Origin: Mytilus californianus
Lineage: Eukaryota
Assembly (NCBI RefSeq): GCF_021869535.1
Contig: NW_026262672.1
Span: forward strand, 1,612,001 to 1,676,000
Direction: 5' to 3'
Length of the DNA stretch: 64,000 nucleotides
The number at the start of each line of letters is the position of its first letter. The first letter of the stretch is position 1. The position numbers and the translations under genes were made by a program. Of this stretch, positions 59,621-64,000 are shown one piece after another. The notes below the pieces were generated by a model, which did not search any database, was not told the origin of the DNA, and saw only the letters and a program-made list of their open reading frames with translations.

Positions 59621-62543
59621 CGTTGGTTTCAGTCTTTTTTGCCAAAACCCCTTATATCTTTGACAAAATTTGAGCTTAAAGTATAGAACCACTAATCCAG
59701 GCCCGGTCGGAAAGAACATACAAGAAAGTAGTATATATTTTAAACAAAATAGTTCATACGCAAAGCTGTATCTTTGTCAACAGGTGATATATTTTGGGTA
59801 GATTTGGTATCAAATGAAAGTTTTGGGATCACTGTAGAACGTTTTTTTTTAATAATAAAGCTGTATATAAAATTATAAAAGGAGGACACATTTGCCCTGT
59901 TGTTTAGATCAGAAGTACTGATTTTGTACTATCAAACTTCCAGGAACCAGTACACTCTAATATGCAATTTTAGACGATAAATTTTCACTTCTGTTCTCGT
60001 ACTATGAACAACAAACAACAAATTTATTTATTTTGTTAAAAAAATATTTTCGTTCTCCATGTACTCCTTACAACAAAATTATTTTAATTGACCTGTGTTT
60101 GTTATTTTATTTAACGGCATTTTGTTCAAGGTCATAGTTGTCTTTCTGGTTTTGTTTTACATCTCGCACCCTTTTTTTATTTATTAATTTTGTATTTACA
60201 TTGTGGTAAAGATCGAATTTATTCCTTCAGTGTATGCGTTTGTCAACATGTCTTTGGATTGAGTTAAGCCATTTCAATTGATATTTTCTAGTGTGTCTTT
60301 CTATGTTGTGATGTTACACTATTGTTTCAGGTTGGAGCTACCATTAGATTTTTATGGGGGGAGGAGTTAGGATGAAATTTTAAAAGAAAAGGCAGGACAG
60401 GGTATATACTAATTAAAAAAAAGGAAGGACAGAGATTACAACTAAAAAAAATGCAGGACAATTTTTTTTCATCCTAGCACCATAAGTGGAAAAATATTCT
60501 AAAGTAAGAAAAATCTCCGACCTTAGTCTTTATCCTTGAACTAGACGGGAAGTATCCAATAAAATTATTCTAGATGAAACCCATGTTCCCCTGTAGACAG
60601 CAATCAAAAAAGACCATTGAACTACGAACTCCTGACTTGGGATATGTACATTATTAAATGCTCCGCAGGACACAGCTTGATACGAACACAGAAGTTGAAC
60701 CCTGAACAGTTGGGGCAAGTATGGACACCACATTCAAGCTTGATACAGCTCTGAATTTGGATTGTGATAAGTATTTGACACATCATATGTTTCTGACGCA
60801 GAATGAATGTGGTATAAGAAACCTAAAGATTTTAAATTTGACATTTACCTTTTATAGTCAGATATCCAAAATTTAAATACATGGTTACATTTGGCATATT
60901 AAAGAACCCCAAGAATTCAATTGTTGATGAAATCAAACAAATGAAAATCAAAGAGCTGGGGAGCTCCAAGGGAAAGACATTGTTTCTATATTTTGGGGGT
61001 ATATTTTGATAGTCTTGATAGCCACCAGGTAGTAAGTAAATGAGCACTGAAGGGCTCTAATTCTGCATTGAGCTCTTCAAGGAAAACATTGACATTGTCT
61101 TTCTTACAACTCAGAATTGTTTTTAGACTTTCTTTCATTCCCATACATTTTGTCTGCGTTTCCGTATTTATACCTTTGTGTAATTTGCTTATTGTATTTG
61201 TATAAATTTAACTGGCATTCCATTTTGTAGTATCTGGATCCCTCTAATTTTTGGCATACAGTTTGTGCTCATAAGTCATATCTGCTTTTTATTCCTTTTA
61301 CATTCAGTGCCTTCACTTTGTATTCACTATTGGTGCAATATTCACACAGACAGTTATGAAAAATGGTTTCCCCATAGTCTAAAAAGATGTTTGTCTTAGT
61401 GCAGTGAACTTAGAAAAACAGTGCATTCTTGGTTCTCTTGTAATTATCCTTTAAACTGCTGTCAAGGGTCTCTAAAGTTCCTCCGATTTCAATGATGCCT
61501 GGTTTTTTTTATCAGGCAGACATAGTGTCAAAATCTTTGTAAAATGTGTCTATCTTATCAATTCTATCTTTTGTCAGTTGCAGTATCCTCTTTCCATACA
61601 TCTTTAATTTGGAACATTTAGCTGCAACTTTAGAAGCAAAATTGATTAACAAGACAAGATTTACAAATAATTCAATATGCTTGAAATTTTCTGACGACCG
61701 CTTATTGTACTCATTACCCTTTACACTTAGCATGTACCCAAAATTTGTCTGCCTTTGAGGAGCAGCCTACCCACATGGCTCTAGAATCTAGCTGCCCTTC
61801 TGCACAAACGCGGCAATTGTCCTTGTTGGCATCGTAGTTCTTTAACAAAAATACTGGTTGTTTGTGTAGTCTTCTGAACAGGAGAAAATGTGACTCTAGT
61901 CGTGCTTGGACTTGCTTGCTGATTAAATATAAAAAAAATTGTTTAGATGTACAATTATATAATATAAAGCAAGATTTTTGTATTCTCTTATCACAATTAT
62001 ATTTTTCTTTATTATATTACATGTTGTTAGGATTGTTTTGCATATGCTGTAAACTATTACTTGAAATTTTCAACTCTTTATGCATTTGAATCCTTATTCA
62101 AGTTGTTCAAGTTGTGATATCATTTTTTTGAAAACTAGCCGAAAAGTCAGACAGGGGGCATACATTTCACCAGTTTTACCAGTTTCCCCATAAAATACAA
62201 ACGAAAACATTTTATATGACTGGAAGTAAACAAGACAATGCTAAATACACTTAAATTAATTCTGTTGCAATTTCTTTGAGGTTTAAGTAGCTTTTAAGAA
62301 ATGTTCCTTGATTAAAATACTGCTATGAGTTTGCATTTTAGGTGGAAGGTACGGGAAAGTGCAGCCCCCTTATGTAGAGGACTAATTGAACAAGTAAAGG
62401 AAATGTACATGTCAACGATCTACTATGCACCATAGTCTGTGTTCATGGATGTTAAATTACACACAAAAATTAAAATTGAAGCATTTACAGATAAGTGTTA
62501 TTCCAGAAATATATGTATGGGGGCCGAATTTCGCTACATATTG

Positions 62544-62736
62544 GGATCCGTAGGTGACCTGTTGCAAGGCTAAATTTCTGTCCCTATCCAGTATACCCTC
62601 CTTTCCCGTGGTAGTCTAAATTTCTCCGACCTTAATCCCGGTCGCCCCTATTACAGAACCTACCTATTGTATTTATTGTTAATTTGTTCTCGTCCTGAAT
62701 ATGCATGAAATATTTGCCACTGGACGTTAAGCAACC

Positions 62737-62765
<29 letters not shown>
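62544..62765 (+). mobile_element. SINE copy, 5'-truncated
   Basis: TSD TCGCTACATATTG (62531-62543 / 62766-62778); long (AATC)n tail. Confidence 0.9.
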
Positions 62766-62769
<4 letters not shown>

Positions 62770-63413
62770 TACATATTGCATGATTCTGTAATGTTATTCT
62801 TAATTCTTCTAATACGGTTCAAATTATTTATAATTGAAATTTACCATTGACCATTCCTTTCATGTTTACATCAACAATTTCAGGTCAGTTAGGCAAATAT
62901 CCTAATAACTATTATACTAAATACCTTGAGATGACTTTCTAGACTGCATGCAATATCATACATATTATACAATTGATCCTTGTCATCACTTCTTTTTTCC
63001 TCTAATAACTTTTGAAGCAAGTGAACTGCATACCCTAGTCTAAAAGGTTAATAGTGCAAATGTCTGATCAATTTTATATTGGAAGTAGAAAGACAAATAA
63101 CAAAATTATTTTATTAATTGAAAAAGCTACATCTAAGTGTAGGAACTACTTTGTTTAGAGTATGTTCTACTTTCTTGTAGGTTCTTTTTTTTAAAAGAAC
63201 AGAAATACAAACTGCTTTTCCTTTGTTTTTCGTTTCATATGAGTGTATTGATTTTTTGAAAAGCTGTAGACCAGGTATGAAGTAATTCTCTTTTGATGAA
63301 GTTTTCTATCTTATCATTCGTAATTTGTAATGGTGTTGTCAGTTTTTCTTCAACTTAAAAAATGAATATCTCTTTAATGTTGAAACCAGCTGTGACATCA
63401 ATATACAGGTCAT

Positions 63414-63896
63414 TCAACATAACTGATTGATATACAAATTTTTACCCTTCTTACAGAGTTCTTTCAAAATATTATTCAATTTATTAATTCTCAAATTGAT
63501 AACTTCATTTTTTGTATACACACAACCAGAAAAAATAAATGCAAATTGTTTCATCTTCTGCAACTCAGATATTAGGTGAAAAATTTTATTTAGAATTCTC
63601 ACAGCATTTTTACGTTGAGCTGTTTCCGGTTTTGCTGAATTGTTTACATTATTCGTTCCACAATGATAAATTACTATGAAACTTGTTGAATGTTTTGAAA
63701 ATTCTACCAAAGAAAAGTAACAATCTAACAATTTACCTCCACTTACGGAAATAACGGTAACATTTTTATTTGTATTGCTTAAAAATTTAATTATCGAATC
63801 ACCTATAATTAAAACTGGAATAAAGTGTTTATGAGGTAATAATTTATTTTCAATTTTTTCATGAAATAAATCAAAGGAAAAACTTGCAGCAAGCAT
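63414..63896 (-). CDS. SGNH/GDSL esterase-like domain, probably a retroelement ORF1 remnant
   Basis: Block I IIGDSII, block II VSGG, block III HCGTNN; no associated RT seen within the window. Confidence 0.6.
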   Translation of the reverse strand: MLAASFSFDLFHEKIENKLLPHKHFIPVLIIGDSIIKFLSNTNKNVTVISVSGGKLLDCYFSLVEFSKHSTSFIVIYHCGTNNVNNSAKPETAQRKNAVRILNKIFHLISELQKMKQFAFIFSGCVYTKNEVINLRINKLNNILKELCKKGKNLYINQLC

Positions 63897-64000
63897 ATTT
63901 CATTGCAAGCCCTTGTCAGAAAGAAAACCTTTTTTGGAGGGATAAAGCAAAACTCCAGTATCCCCATTAAAACCAATAGGAACAACTTGGCTCGCTTGTG

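Noticed and set aside
60530-62089. Short ORFs at 60.5-62.1 kb as a host gene
   Set aside because: Fragmentary, with stops in the only protein-like frame and no motif I could name; probably decayed repeats.

Overview
AT-rich eukaryotic, repeat-dense DNA. The repeat families look like those of a bivalve mollusc, probably Mytilus (inferred from remembered repeat sequences, not from a search). The main feature is a complete 20,047-bp Polinton/Maverick (adintovirus-like endogenous DNA virus) at 12963-33009. It has AGTAGT termini, 286-bp matching TIRs and a 6-bp TSD (CAGAGT). It encodes a single-BIR IAP, rve+chromo integrase, penton, basic core protein, hexon-type major capsid protein, adenain-like protease, A32-like ATPase and a protein-primed PolB. 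Unusually, the element appears to rely on spliceosomal splicing. PolB is split by three GT-AG introns, one inside the catalytic DTDS motif, and they splice to a clean 1338-aa ORF. A minus-strand accessory gene has three exons. A plus-strand type I membrane glycoprotein gene has one shared donor (28865/28866) that can lead into four different in-frame transmembrane-plus-tail endings, recalling the adenovirus E3 region. Outside the Polinton there are 14 long copies of a ~420-bp (AATC)n-tailed SINE, several with 12-14-bp TSDs. Also present are an I/Nimb-clade LINE fragment with a similar tail, a Penelope RT fragment, hammerhead ribozyme relics, a Helentron-like element with a 167-bp tandem array, MITEs, and decayed CACTA, DIRS, Gypsy, Helitron, TatD/SWIM and SGNH fragments. 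No intact host gene was identified. All splice models and family names come from reading the sequence by eye; no alignments, HMMs or RNA data were used.
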